Source: a virus
Lineage: Duplodnaviria > Heunggongvirae > Uroviricota > Caudoviricetes
Direction: 5' to 3' (one strand)
IMG/VR virus record: IMGVR_UViG_3300043399_000676
Length of the DNA: 64,000 nt
Made by a program: the position numbers and the translations under genes. The notes under the pieces are model-generated. The model had not been told where the DNA came from. It saw only the letters and a program-made list of their open reading frames with translations, and did not search any database. Numbering within the stretch: position 1 is the stretch's first letter; the number at the start of each line of letters is the position of its first letter. Below are positions 39,067 to 49,062 of this stretch, piece after piece.

Positions 39067-39600
39067 TTAACCCTCAGCCCGAAGACGGGCCAGAAACTTG
39101 TTGTGTTCATCGTTCACAGTCTGCTTACGTTCAGCCGCAGCTTCCATTTCTTGGATTTCACGTTCAGCCAGGCGAGCTTCTTCAAAATTACCAACGTCCT
39201 CGCGAGTCCACTCGCCATTGACCTTCCTCATGTTCGTAGCAGGAGTGTACACACCGTACTGAGCACCAGACTTGGCAGCGACTTGTTTTGCAGCAGCCTT
39301 GCGCTGGGCAATATCCAGAAGCTGACCCGCGTAGATTTCGATACGCATCTTGCCATCCTTCTGCGGAACACGCCAGTAAGCAATCTGCTTTTCCGTCAGG
39401 TAACCCCGAGCCTTGAAAAACTTAGACATCGAAGTCCCCATGCGGGCATGACACGGACGAAAACCACGACCATTGTCATACTTCGTGTTCTCGGACCTTT
39501 GCTCGTCAGCAGTCTGACGCTCAGTCAGGACCACCAGTGCGCGGGCAACAGCTTTGTCGTTCGTGCGGAGAAGTTCGATGATTTCGTTGCGAGTCGTCAT
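39067..39600 (-). CDS. hypothetical early protein
   Basis: Follows a promoter cassette; RQTADEQ...NGRGF. Confidence 0.7.
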   Translation of the reverse strand: MTTRNEIIELLRTNDKAVARALVVLTERQTADEQRSENTKYDNGRGFRPCHARMGTSMSKFFKARGYLTEKQIAYWRVPQKDGKMRIEIYAGQLLDIAQRKAAAKQVAAKSGAQYGVYTPATNMRKVNGEWTREDVGNFEEARLAEREIQEMEAAAERKQTVNDEHNKFLARLRAEG

Positions 39601-39674
39601 TTTCAGTTCCTCGTTTCAGACTATAAGCATATTATATGCCCAAACGTATTATTTGTCAACCGATTTTTTACTAC

Positions 39675-40016
39675 CTAGAACGTAATACAATCGTCGGATC
39701 GGCATCGATATCCGTACCAACCATCGTCAAATAGGTTTTCCGTAGATCCACACACACAACAACTCTTTTGTTCTGGCTTCGGGATATCCTCAAGTGGACG
39801 CAATCGTTCGATTTCATCTGCGGCTTCTTCCAAAATATCCGCAATGCGGTCAGGCTTACCTTCTTGTACACTTTTACGATCGGGAATCTGTCGGCGAATC
39901 TCTGCTCGCTTTCTAAGTCGATAGACCAAATCGTCTGGATCTTCTCTTAGCATTCGTATCTCCTCACATGGAAAATTGGGATGAATTTCATCCCCGCACT
40001 TTTTACACTTCAGCAT
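39675..40016 (-). CDS. hypothetical protein
   Basis: LVYRLRKRAEIRRQIPDRKSVQEGKPDRIADILEEAADEIERLR. Confidence 0.65.
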   Translation of the reverse strand: MLKCKKCGDEIHPNFPCEEIRMLREDPDDLVYRLRKRAEIRRQIPDRKSVQEGKPDRIADILEEAADEIERLRPLEDIPKPEQKSCCVCGSTENLFDDGWYGYRCRSDDCITF

Positions 40017-40288
40017 GTTGCTTTTGTGGGGCAGTCGTTTCTGTAGCAGACATAGCCGGTGACTTCACCGTTTTCTCCTAGCCCACACACCGGACAACCA
40101 ATGGTTGTAGTAGTAAACGTGACGGTGTTATCTTCTACTCCCAGGGGAACGTCAACCCAAGGCGACCACTGAATGTTTCTTTGGCTTGTATCAAACGGAC
40201 CTAGTCCTGCATAGAAGGTAGTATCAGCTTTGATACGATACTGCAACACCCTTTCTCCGTTTCTAATTACCCATCTAAGTTCTGTCAT
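40010..40288 (-). CDS. hypothetical protein
   Basis: MTELRW start, AAGGA SD. Confidence 0.55.
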   Translation of the reverse strand: MTELRWVIRNGERVLQYRIKADTTFYAGLGPFDTSQRNIQWSPWVDVPLGVEDNTVTFTTTTIGCPVCGLGENGEVTGYVCYRNDCPTKATC

Positions 40289-40299
40289 ATTAAATCCTT

Positions 40300-40692
40300 T
40301 TACCAAGCATTGTAAATTATCATGTGGTCGACACCAGGCACATTGCCGAGGGGTCGATAAACTTGCATCTCGCCGTCCCAACCATCTTCATCGTAAAGAA
40401 TATCACAGGGCAGGACCGAAGTAAAACGAACAACCTTACCGGTGCGATGGCTTTCAACAAAGAAGGTGCCGGGCATTCCGATCTTGTTAGAGGTGAGCTT
40501 CAGCACCTTACGAACCTTGTCGTACTGGCAGTCTTCCAGCGAGACAGAGGGGATCTCCTGCTCACGTTTGGCTTGAGCACGAACGATAGCAGGGTTATTG
40601 GTACGCATAGCAGCAGCCATTTCCTCAGTCATTTGACGGGCGCGGGCAGCTTCAGCTTTGCGATCAGTAGCAGAACGACGAAAGTAGGCCAT
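40300..40692 (-). CDS. hypothetical protein
   Basis: AAGGA SD. Confidence 0.65.
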   Translation of the reverse strand: MAYFRRSATDRKAEAARARQMTEEMAAAMRTNNPAIVRAQAKREQEIPSVSLEDCQYDKVRKVLKLTSNKIGMPGTFFVESHRTGKVVRFTSVLPCDILYDEDGWDGEMQVYRPLGNVPGVDHMIIYNAW

Positions 40693-40701
40693 TGTTTTTC
40701 C

Positions 40702-40863
40702 TTAAAGAACTTCGACAATGAGACTGCCTTTGACAAACCCCTTGACTTTGGTAGCGCCGATCTTGTGCGCTTCAACCATGTCAGCGGTCGTATTGAACGA
40801 CACTTCAACTTCCCAACCGAGGTAGTTATTGAACTTGCGATACGAGATTTTGTGAGTGTACAT
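40702..40863 (-). CDS. small hypothetical early protein (53 aa)
   Basis: Follows cassette 40864-40924. Confidence 0.6.
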   Translation of the reverse strand: MYTHKISYRKFNNYLGWEVEVSFNTTADMVEAHKIGATKVKGFVKGSLIVEVL

Positions 40864-40933
40864 TTTGTGTTCCTGTTCGTTCAGTGTATAGAGTAATTAT
40901 ACGTCCAAATTGATTTTTTGTCAACCTTTTTGT

Positions 40934-41182
40934 TTAACGAATAACTGCCCTAACACTAATCGTGCCGACACAATCTTCACGTTCCAGCAGTCGAACCTCA
41001 GCACCCAGATCCTTGAGCTCCTGCAAGATCGCCTTGCTCGATTGATCACCTTTGATGTAATAGCACTTGACCGTGCGAATTTCCTCCTTGACGGTCTTGT
41101 TGACATAAATACCATTCAAATGAGCGTTATTGCCGCGGCCGTATTTACGCATGATCTCACGAACTTGTTTGACAGTCAGCAT
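40934..41182 (-). CDS. hypothetical early protein
   Basis: Follows cassette 41183-41243. Confidence 0.65.
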   Translation of the reverse strand: MLTVKQVREIMRKYGRGNNAHLNGIYVNKTVKEEIRTVKCYYIKGDQSSKAILQELKDLGAEVRLLEREDCVGTISVRAVIR

Positions 41183-41239
41183 TTACTTTCTCCGTTTTCT
41201 CAGTGTATAAAGTAATTATACGCCCAAATTAATTATTTG

Positions 41240-41452
41240 TCAAGCATTATTTTGCACGACAGGGGTCGCACGACGGAGAACATCCATGATCTCCTTTTGC
41301 TTGATGAGGGGCAGATCCAGCATCACCAAAGCCAGCTGACTTTGCAGGTAACCCGCAGCGTAAGCGTGACTTTCATATTTGGCGTAGTTGGCGTTGACAA
41401 ACTCGTTGAGTTGAGCGTTGATTTCATCGTACTTGAGTTTTTGCTTTGCCAT
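41240..41452 (-). CDS. hypothetical early protein
   Basis: Follows cassette 41453-41513. Confidence 0.65.
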   Translation of the reverse strand: MAKQKLKYDEINAQLNEFVNANYAKYESHAYAAGYLQSQLALVMLDLPLIKQKEIMDVLRRATPVVQNNA

Positions 41453-41509
41453 CTTGTGTTCCTGTTCGTTCAGTGTATAAAGTAATTATACGCCCAAATC
41501 TATTATTTG

Positions 41510-41707
41510 TCAACCGTAGAGGTAGCGACCTGTCCAAGTTTCCCAGGGCTGACGGCGAGCATGTTCGATCATACGGATCCCGCCTTTGGTGCGCCGAGCG
41601 TAGTCCATAGCAGTCATGAAGTGACCAGGGACTTTGATCTTGCTGATACGATTGGTCTTGAGATCCCAACCATATTTCCACAGACTGTCGTACTTGCCAC
41701 GAATCAT
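41510..41707 (-). CDS. hypothetical early protein
   Basis: AAGGAG SD, MIRGKY start. Confidence 0.6.
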   Translation of the reverse strand: MIRGKYDSLWKYGWDLKTNRISKIKVPGHFMTAMDYARRTKGGIRMIEHARRQPWETWTGRYLYG

Positions 41708-41720
41708 TCTATGTGTCTCC

Positions 41721-41969
41721 TTATTTGTCAAGCAAAACAAACACGAACGAAGTGCCACCTTGGCAATATCCGCGATTGTAATCTTGCCAAGGTTGACGAT
41801 CCACGATTTTGATCAGGCCCTTAGCTTCCAGCTTGAGCATTGCGTTTCTTTCACGCAGACCAGCTTGAACTTTGCCTCCATACGCCCCGCGACCATAAGT
41901 AGTAGTGATGCCGCACCTACCACCATTCTTGCGAGCAATATCGATCAGGGCTTGTTCAGTCTTAGTCAT
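41721..41969 (-). CDS. hypothetical early protein
   Basis: Follows cassette 41970-42023. Confidence 0.6.
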   Translation of the reverse strand: MTKTEQALIDIARKNGGRCGITTTYGRGAYGGKVQAGLRERNAMLKLEAKGLIKIVDRQPWQDYNRGYCQGGTSFVFVLLDK

Positions 41970-42249
41970 GTTCACTCTCTCAGTGTATAGAGAGATTATA
42001 CATCCGAATTGATTATTTGTCAAGCCATCACAAACCAAAAAAGACGAACCAAAAACCCAACCAAAGAGCGATCAGGATAGTTTTCCCGATGAAACTATCA
42101 CTAATCACGCTTGCAAGCCAAATTGCAAAAACAAGCTGAAGACCAAAGAGAATCATGATTTTTACTACCAAACGTTTATGTTGTGTTTATAGTACAACAT
42201 TTTGAGGTTTTTGTCAACCAATTTGAATAAATACTTTAAAGGTTAAAGT

Positions 42250-42963
42250 ATGCGAATAGATGAAGTAATCAGAAGAAGAGATATTGATCCAAGACTCATG
42301 TTTAAGTGCATTTTTATCATGGGCAGCCCTGGATCAGGAAAGTCAACCTTTGCAGAAGATTATTTGGGGCTCCCTAAGGAGTTTGTTATAGCTGACTTAG
42401 ACAAAGTAATGTCTACTCTAAAGATAAGAGATTACAATGAGCAAAACACTAAGAGAGGGTGGTCCTTATTGAATAGAAGAATAAGAAGGCATTGGGCAAC
42501 ACAAGGGTTACCGCTTGCAGTTGTTACTACAGGTAAGGACCTGCCACTCACAGTATACAATGCTAGATTCCTACAAGCAATGGGTTATGATGTGTTTGGT
42601 CTTTATGTGCTAACTGAACTACAGACTGCTATTGATCGCGCACAATACAGAGAAAAACACTCAACTGATCCAAAGGATCAAGGAAGAAAGACAGACGTTG
42701 ACTATATCGAAGATGTTTACGATACCTTAAGTAAAGTCAGAAATAAATACGACAGTGTTTTTTGGAACGAGTTTTCAGGATTCGCAATGGCGCTGAATAC
42801 AGAATGGGTTGACCCTTTCTCTAGAAAAAATGAAGAAGCCAAAGAACTAATTGACGTATTCTTGAATCAACCATTGTATAACAAACGAGGTCGAAAGAAG
42901 TTAGGTATTAGTTCACAGACTGATTTTACTAGGTTTGGCGAGCCGCAATCAGGACCTTTCTAA
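42250..42963 (+). CDS. P-loop kinase (zeta-toxin/AAA_33-like), late-expressed
   Basis: GSPGSGKST Walker A, VVTTG, AIDRAQYR; TAAATA upstream; MRIDEVI N-terminus. Confidence 0.7.
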   Translation: MRIDEVIRRRDIDPRLMFKCIFIMGSPGSGKSTFAEDYLGLPKEFVIADLDKVMSTLKIRDYNEQNTKRGWSLLNRRIRRHWATQGLPLAVVTTGKDLPLTVYNARFLQAMGYDVFGLYVLTELQTAIDRAQYREKHSTDPKDQGRKTDVDYIEDVYDTLSKVRNKYDSVFWNEFSGFAMALNTEWVDPFSRKNEEAKELIDVFLNQPLYNKRGRKKLGISSQTDFTRFGEPQSGPF

Positions 42964-43972
42964 AGGGCTTAACAAATCTTTCGTAGTTAAAAACGTAGAA
43001 TTTACCACGCAGATAAATTTCACGATTTTTTTCTATCGCTTTATCAAGATCCGTATTGGTGAATCCATGTTTTTCCGCAATTAACTGCGCCTCTTCTTTG
43101 CTCAATTCTGAACGCTTAGATGCAGACATCCATTCCCAAACAGCTCTAAAATCCTCTAGTCTACTTGGTGAAATACTAAAACGAATAAGCCCATCTGAAA
43201 ATTTTTCTGTGTATTCTTTATAAGTCATGATGAAGGGAACAAGCGCACTCTTTACAGCTGCCTTTGTAGGTTTATATATCAATGTAAGATCGAGCTTCCG
43301 AGCTTGATCTTCCATTTTATACAACATTCTAAATTCACTTTCATGTTTTTTGAATTGCTCGTGATTGTACTTATCAGTAATCCTTATATGTCCTAATTCA
43401 CTTTTGATTGGCATAAGTGCGTTCGCTGCTTTATTTAAGATAGAACTTGCGCTTCCTGTTACGGTAGTGAAGTCTAACTCGTCAAACCCTACGTTTTCAG
43501 TGTAGTCTGCGTAAAGGTCTCCATAACGTGTACTCCATGTATACTGAAATCCATCGAAGGGAAAAATCATATACAAGACACCGTAATCAGATGCCATTAA
43601 TTTGTTTGCAGTAAAAATAGAATTACCACGCAAAGCAGTAAACCCTGCCTTTTGTAGCATGTTATCCACTACGTTTTGTTGTTTTCTAGTCGAATCTTTG
43701 GGCTTTCGATTGTTGAACGGTAACCCAACTCCTGCATCGCTTTTGAATTTTTTATTACCATGACACAAAAAGTGACCTGCTTTGTTTATAAAAGGCAGAA
43801 CTTGATTGCAATCACGCAGAATCATGTTCAGGTAGTTGATCGCATCAAAGTCATTTCCTAACGCTGCTGATTTTTTTTCAAGCAAAGGATGGAGAGGAAA
43901 AACTTCCGGTTCAAGTTTTATGATCATACCTGGTTCTAGCTCATTTTTGGGTAAGAATTCATCTGGTTTCAT
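42929..43972 (-). CDS. ADP-ribosyltransferase-like paralog 1
   Basis: FLCHG / RGNSIFT / YG..YMIFPFDGF.YTWS / REIYL. Confidence 0.55.
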   Translation of the reverse strand: MKPDEFLPKNELEPGMIIKLEPEVFPLHPLLEKKSAALGNDFDAINYLNMILRDCNQVLPFINKAGHFLCHGNKKFKSDAGVGLPFNNRKPKDSTRKQQNVVDNMLQKAGFTALRGNSIFTANKLMASDYGVLYMIFPFDGFQYTWSTRYGDLYADYTENVGFDELDFTTVTGSASSILNKAANALMPIKSELGHIRITDKYNHEQFKKHESEFRMLYKMEDQARKLDLTLIYKPTKAAVKSALVPFIMTYKEYTEKFSDGLIRFSISPSRLEDFRAVWEWMSASKRSELSKEEAQLIAEKHGFTNTDLDKAIEKNREIYLRGKFYVFNYERFVKPFRKVLIAARQT

Positions 43973-44948
43973 TTATTCGTCTCATAAAAAATTCAATGTA
44001 TTGATTCCTAGGGAAGGCATAAAACAACCCCTTAATATAAATTTCATTCTCACTCGTTAAGGCAGAAGCAAGATTGGTATTTTTAAATTTATGGGCCTTT
44101 ACAGTTGCGATTGCAGTATCAACATCCAAAGAAAGGGAAGGAGATTTTGACCATCGTTTTACGTCGTTCAAAGCCTGAACCAATTCAGGAGTAAATCTAT
44201 ATCTTGTATACTTTGATAAGTATCGTTTGTATGCTGTAAATAATCTGCCTAAGTTTTCTTCAACAAGGCGCTTGTTCTTTTTTCCCAGTGCAGTATGCAA
44301 TTCCTGCAACTCACGGTAAACATCATGAGTTGCGTTGTATTCCCCTACATCATCAATCTGGTCTTCTAATCTAAGTAAATGCTCTCTGTGCCTCATAAAC
44401 TGAGTTAAAATTTTACCATTTGTAGGTACTTCTTTATACCTATCTTCATAAGGGTTTACTAGGAAAGAATCTGGTTCTGAATATAAAAATGCAAATTCTT
44501 CGTAAAAATCTTTATATTCCCCACTCCAAGTAAACTTAAACCCGTCAATAGGAAAAATAAAGAAAAGGTGGCCGTATTCTCTTGCTTGATCAGGATCTGA
44601 CGTACAGAAAATAGAGTTCTCTCTCGTAGCATCGAAACCCGCAAGTTCAAGAACCTTGTTAACAGTTTCATGCATTTGAAAAGCAGTATCCTTAGGGGTT
44701 CGTTTAAACTTCTGAAGTTCTGCCTTGTGCTTATCTAGATCAAACAATGGATCTTCGTCATTAGGTTCAAATCTTCCACCTGGATGGTAAACTTCACCAG
44801 TTTCATATGCGTACTTAGTTCCTCTATATAAAAATCTCCCACCGGTGGTATGTATTGCATCTAAGATTTCCTTGCAATCTCTGTTAAGGATTTCCCAATA
44901 CTCTTCTGGAGACTTTTCTTCTTTTATGATTTCGTATGCTTTTACCAT
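43959..44948 (-). CDS. ADP-ribosyltransferase-like paralog 2
   Basis: FLYRG / NSIFCTS / NEIYI. Confidence 0.6.
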   Translation of the reverse strand: MVKAYEIIKEEKSPEEYWEILNRDCKEILDAIHTTGGRFLYRGTKYAYETGEVYHPGGRFEPNDEDPLFDLDKHKAELQKFKRTPKDTAFQMHETVNKVLELAGFDATRENSIFCTSDPDQAREYGHLFFIFPIDGFKFTWSGEYKDFYEEFAFLYSEPDSFLVNPYEDRYKEVPTNGKILTQFMRHREHLLRLEDQIDDVGEYNATHDVYRELQELHTALGKKNKRLVEENLGRLFTAYKRYLSKYTRYRFTPELVQALNDVKRWSKSPSLSLDVDTAIATVKAHKFKNTNLASALTSENEIYIKGLFYAFPRNQYIEFFMRRINETR

Positions 44949-45853
44949 TCTTGTATTAAACGCTTAAACGTTTCCCCATATGTGTCCATGTCAAATGCGT
45001 AAAACTTACCCTTTAGATATATTTCATGTCCTGAATCTAACGCTGATGCTAAGTCACCTTCAGTAAACATATGCCCCTTAACCGTTGCAATAGCGGTTTC
45101 AAAGTTTAACTCAGGAGAAGGACTGTTAGCCCATCTATAAGCAGTTTGTAATGCTTTCAACATTTCTTTGGTCATTACAAAACGCCTGTCAGGAGAAATT
45201 CTCAGGTATCGTCGATAAGCATAGTAAATCTCAGCCAGGTTTTCCTTCGTCTTGATCTTGTCATTTTTAGCAATAGACTCGGGGATAGATCCGGCATACA
45301 TCTCAATAGTGGAAAGAAGACGTTCATCATCAGGTGACAAATTAGATACTCCTAAGGATTTTCGTATATTTTGCATTCTTCTAAACAAATACACAAGAAA
45401 GTAATCGTTTTGAATTTTATACGATTCATTAGGCTGCACTAGGAATGCATTTGGGTCATTAACATGCATTGCAAAATCTGAATAGAAATCCTTAAACTTT
45501 CTACTCCAAGTTATCTGATACCCGTTTAACGGAAAAATCATAAACACTTCGCCGTACTCTTCAGCCTGTTCGAAGTCTCCTGAGCAATAAACTGAATCAC
45601 TTCTTTTTGCTTCAAACCCAGCCATATCCAAAACTTGATCAACCATTCTTTGTATTGAAGCAGGTGTATCTTTTGTTTCTGCTCGTATACCAGACGAGTA
45701 AATTCTTCCTGAGCGGTAAGGTCTAGTTACTCCTCTAAAAAGAAAAGTACCCGCTACTTGCATCTCATTGATGGCATCACTGCACTGAGTAAACATCAGT
45801 TGCGGATTTTCTTCTTGGGTATCATCTTCTCTTAATATCTCATGTGACTTCAT
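44942..45853 (-). CDS. ADP-ribosyltransferase-like paralog 3
   Basis: FLFRG / DSVYCSG / HEIYL. Confidence 0.6.
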   Translation of the reverse strand: MKSHEILREDDTQEENPQLMFTQCSDAINEMQVAGTFLFRGVTRPYRSGRIYSSGIRAETKDTPASIQRMVDQVLDMAGFEAKRSDSVYCSGDFEQAEEYGEVFMIFPLNGYQITWSRKFKDFYSDFAMHVNDPNAFLVQPNESYKIQNDYFLVYLFRRMQNIRKSLGVSNLSPDDERLLSTIEMYAGSIPESIAKNDKIKTKENLAEIYYAYRRYLRISPDRRFVMTKEMLKALQTAYRWANSPSPELNFETAIATVKGHMFTEGDLASALDSGHEIYLKGKFYAFDMDTYGETFKRLIQEW

Positions 45854-45900
45854 TTCTAAATAAATTCCAATTTTGTTTTCAATAGCATCGGCGCAATCGG

Positions 45901-46803
45901 TTAATACATTCCAAAAAGATTTTTTCTAAAAAAACTATGATAAGGAGAATCATACCCAAAAGCATAAAATGATCCATTCAAGTATATTTCATTCCTTGAT
46001 GCTAAAGCACCAGCTAAATTTCCTTTTACGAATCCGTGAGCGTTCGCTGTAGCAACTGCTGTTTCTAGATTTAGACTCGGAGGAGGAACTTTAACCCACC
46101 TATGTATTTTCTGCATAGCTTTAGCCAATTCTTTAGATATTGTAAACTTTTTCGCTGGAGCTGTTCTTACATATTCTTTGTAAGTTTGTATTATTTTGAA
46201 TAAAAGATCGCTGGCTTTTGCTTTATCATTTTTGGTAATGGCTGTGGGTAGTGAAAAACTATAGTTTTGTATTTTGACTAACAACGGATGGTATCCAAAA
46301 AAACTTTCGATTGAAGATAATTTTTCCAGTTCGTTAAAAAGCCTGGTATCCTTTCTTATGTCATGTTCTGTTGCAACAGGATCTTCTAAAAATGAGTTCG
46401 GGTCTTTTAAATTCAATGCATAACTCAAATAAAAATCCTCATACTTTTTACTCCAAGTTATCTTAAATCCATCCTTAGGAAATATTAAATATAGCGGACC
46501 ATACTCATTTGCTAGACCTTTATTGCTGGTGCAAAATACAGAGTTGCCTCGTAGAGCGGTAAATCCTGCTAGTGATAACACACTATCAACTATGTTCTGA
46601 ACATCAACTGAAGTATCTTTTGGACCTCTTACTTCTGTGTTATAAACTACTCCAGGCAAGTATGTTCCTTTAAATCCTCTATAAAGAAACTTCCCACCTG
46701 CGTTACGCATTTCGTCTATAGCATTTCCGCATTCAGACAAAATCTTTTGCAGGTTTTCTCTTTTGGTATCGTCTTCTCTTAATATTTCGTATGCTTTTAC
46801 CAT
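45901..46803 (-). CDS. ADP-ribosyltransferase-like paralog 4
   Basis: FLYRG / NSVFCTS / NEIYL. Confidence 0.6.
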   Translation of the reverse strand: MVKAYEILREDDTKRENLQKILSECGNAIDEMRNAGGKFLYRGFKGTYLPGVVYNTEVRGPKDTSVDVQNIVDSVLSLAGFTALRGNSVFCTSNKGLANEYGPLYLIFPKDGFKITWSKKYEDFYLSYALNLKDPNSFLEDPVATEHDIRKDTRLFNELEKLSSIESFFGYHPLLVKIQNYSFSLPTAITKNDKAKASDLLFKIIQTYKEYVRTAPAKKFTISKELAKAMQKIHRWVKVPPPSLNLETAVATANAHGFVKGNLAGALASRNEIYLNGSFYAFGYDSPYHSFFRKNLFGMY

Positions 46804-47714
46804 TCTTGTATTAAACGTTCAAGCGTTTCCCCGTATGTGGCCATGTCAAATGCGTAGTACTGACCATGTAAGTATATTTCATTTCCAGCCCTTATAGCTT
46901 CCGCTAGATTGTCTTTTTGAAATCCATGTTTTAGGATTGTCTTTCTAACTGTTCTTGCATTTAATTCCGGTGGAGGAGAATCTATCCAATCTTGGATTTC
47001 CTTAAACAGCCTAGTGTAAACAGCACTAGAGGTAAATGGACTATCATCTGAAGTTTTTTGTACATACTCCTGATGTAGTTTTAACAGTGATTTCAATGCT
47101 GTTTCTGCATTCATTTTGTCATTTAAACTCATGGCCTCGGTTAAAAGGTCTATCCTAAAAATGATTGCATCTATGAAACCTTCTAAATTGTCTTTAGCTG
47201 AAAGCGCATTTTTAAGGTTTGCCAAATGAGAATAAGTAGCTTTATTAGTGTGTACACTTTGCCCAATGAATAAATCAGTTGAAGGGTTAACCAAAAAGGA
47301 GGTTGGATCTTTGCGAATTGAAGAGAAGTCTACAAAAAAATCTTTATAACGTGTACTCCATGTAATTTGAAATCCATCCTTAGGAAATATTACATACACT
47401 GGTGGGCCATACCCTTCGGCTTGTTCATAATCACCAGAACAAAATATTGAATTTCCTCGCAAAGCTTTGAATCCTGCAAGCTTCAAAACATCGTCTACCA
47501 TGTTTTGCATTAAAATATCAGTGTCCTTTGGGCTACGAGGACCAGTGCTATACAATTTTCCTGGTACATATTTTCCTTTTTCAAGCATTAATCCCCTGAG
47601 CAAAAAGCCATTTGCTTGTTTAAATGCTTCAATTGCATTGCTACATTCTGCTTCAATCAAGTCCAAGTATTCTTCTTTACCTGCATCTTCTAACATAATT
47701 TCATGTATTCTCAT
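46797..47714 (-). CDS. ADP-ribosyltransferase-like paralog 5
   Basis: FLLRG / NSIFCSG / NEIYL. Confidence 0.6.
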   Translation of the reverse strand: MRIHEIMLEDAGKEEYLDLIEAECSNAIEAFKQANGFLLRGLMLEKGKYVPGKLYSTGPRSPKDTDILMQNMVDDVLKLAGFKALRGNSIFCSGDYEQAEGYGPPVYVIFPKDGFQITWSTRYKDFFVDFSSIRKDPTSFLVNPSTDLFIGQSVHTNKATYSHLANLKNALSAKDNLEGFIDAIIFRIDLLTEAMSLNDKMNAETALKSLLKLHQEYVQKTSDDSPFTSSAVYTRLFKEIQDWIDSPPPELNARTVRKTILKHGFQKDNLAEAIRAGNEIYLHGQYYAFDMATYGETLERLIQEW

Positions 47715-48967
47715 TGGTCTTTTACCTTTGATAAGTCCTTTCCAATTAACTCTTTACATAGTGCATTGGTGTGAGGAGACTTGAACTCAAACGCATAATA
47801 CGCACCTTTGATAAGAAGTTCATGCTTTGAATCTAACGCCCAATTTATGTTACTGTTGGTAAATCCATGTGCAGATGCAATCTCTCTTGCTTGGATAGGT
47901 GTCAGTTTTTCTATTACATCTTTAATATCCTTTTCAGTTACCTGAGTTAAGTTCCACAGTAAACTTCTAATCTTATCAATAAAAGAGGTGACGTTTACAT
48001 TCCTGACAAAAAAACTCACATCAGTAAGAAGAGTCTCCATTCTGTTTGTAAATAAGGAAAGTCGATCTTCTTCTTGCTTTTCAAGATCAGGTAAAAATTG
48101 CTTCAAATAAAATTCTAGGTTTGTATAGTACCTTGTTAATTCTTCACTTGGTTCATTCTTTACTACTTCTGCAAGTTGTTGCATCAATAACATCAATTCT
48201 TTTTTCAAACTCATCACTTTTACTCTTGTAGTCGGAAGATCAAGGCCGTCGACCTTATCTAAAAATTGAAGCGGCTCGCCAAATAGACCAAGTATAAAAT
48301 CCTCATAAAAGTCTCGATATCTTGAACTCCAAGTAAAGTCAAATCCATCTTTGGGGAAGACAACATAAACTTTCCCGTATTCTCGTGCCATATCATAGTT
48401 ACTGGTTGTAAAAATACTATTGCTTCTAAGTGCTTCGAATCCAGATTTTTTCAAAACAGAGTCAACTGTAAACTGCATCAACGTACTTGAATCGGTTGGT
48501 GACCTGTTACTATTCGGAACACCTGGAAATGCCGAAGGAAATAATGATTGTTTAGCGGTGGTACTACCACCTACTCCCCTGTATAATAGCTCGCCCCTTG
48601 TAAATTTGGATATCTGTAAAAATTCAGAACACTCAGTTTCAACTAGGTTACTGTAATAGTCTACTATATCTTGGAAATTTTTCTCCTCCAAAGCAAATAA
48701 TTCTTCTTCTAATTGATCTCGTTTATCCGCAAGCTGGCGTTTTTGTGCATCTATGTCAGCTATAAACTTTGTCATTTCCGCATCCCATGAACCTTCCGAA
48801 TCATCAGATGTTAAATTCTTGTATGCGTCATTGATGTAGAATATCTTTTCATTTATATCCTTTACTTCAGATTGCAGATTGGAAATCAAAGATGAAGTCT
48901 TTTCTATTGGCGTAGGCAAAGGAATCGGTGGGATCTTTTTTGGTTCAACAATTTCAAAGATTTTCAT
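47711..48967 (-). CDS. ADP-ribosyltransferase-like paralog 6 with N-terminal coiled coil
   Basis: LLYRG / NSIFTTS / HELLI; TAAATA late promoter near 49005. Confidence 0.6.
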   Translation of the reverse strand: MKIFEIVEPKKIPPIPLPTPIEKTSSLISNLQSEVKDINEKIFYINDAYKNLTSDDSEGSWDAEMTKFIADIDAQKRQLADKRDQLEEELFALEEKNFQDIVDYYSNLVETECSEFLQISKFTRGELLYRGVGGSTTAKQSLFPSAFPGVPNSNRSPTDSSTLMQFTVDSVLKKSGFEALRSNSIFTTSNYDMAREYGKVYVVFPKDGFDFTWSSRYRDFYEDFILGLFGEPLQFLDKVDGLDLPTTRVKVMSLKKELMLLMQQLAEVVKNEPSEELTRYYTNLEFYLKQFLPDLEKQEEDRLSLFTNRMETLLTDVSFFVRNVNVTSFIDKIRSLLWNLTQVTEKDIKDVIEKLTPIQAREIASAHGFTNSNINWALDSKHELLIKGAYYAFEFKSPHTNALCKELIGKDLSKVKDQ

Positions 48968-49023
48968 CGAGATTTCCCATTAGTTTAAAGTTTAACCATA
49001 CAAGTATTTAGCAGAAATGGCAA

Positions 49024-49052
49024 GACCACTGAGCAGTTAATGCTCAGTGGTC
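49024..49052 (-). terminator. hairpin, putative terminator
   Basis: GACCACTGAGCA-GTTAA-TGCTCAGTGGTC. Confidence 0.55.
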
Positions 49053-49062
49053 ATTGGGTGAG

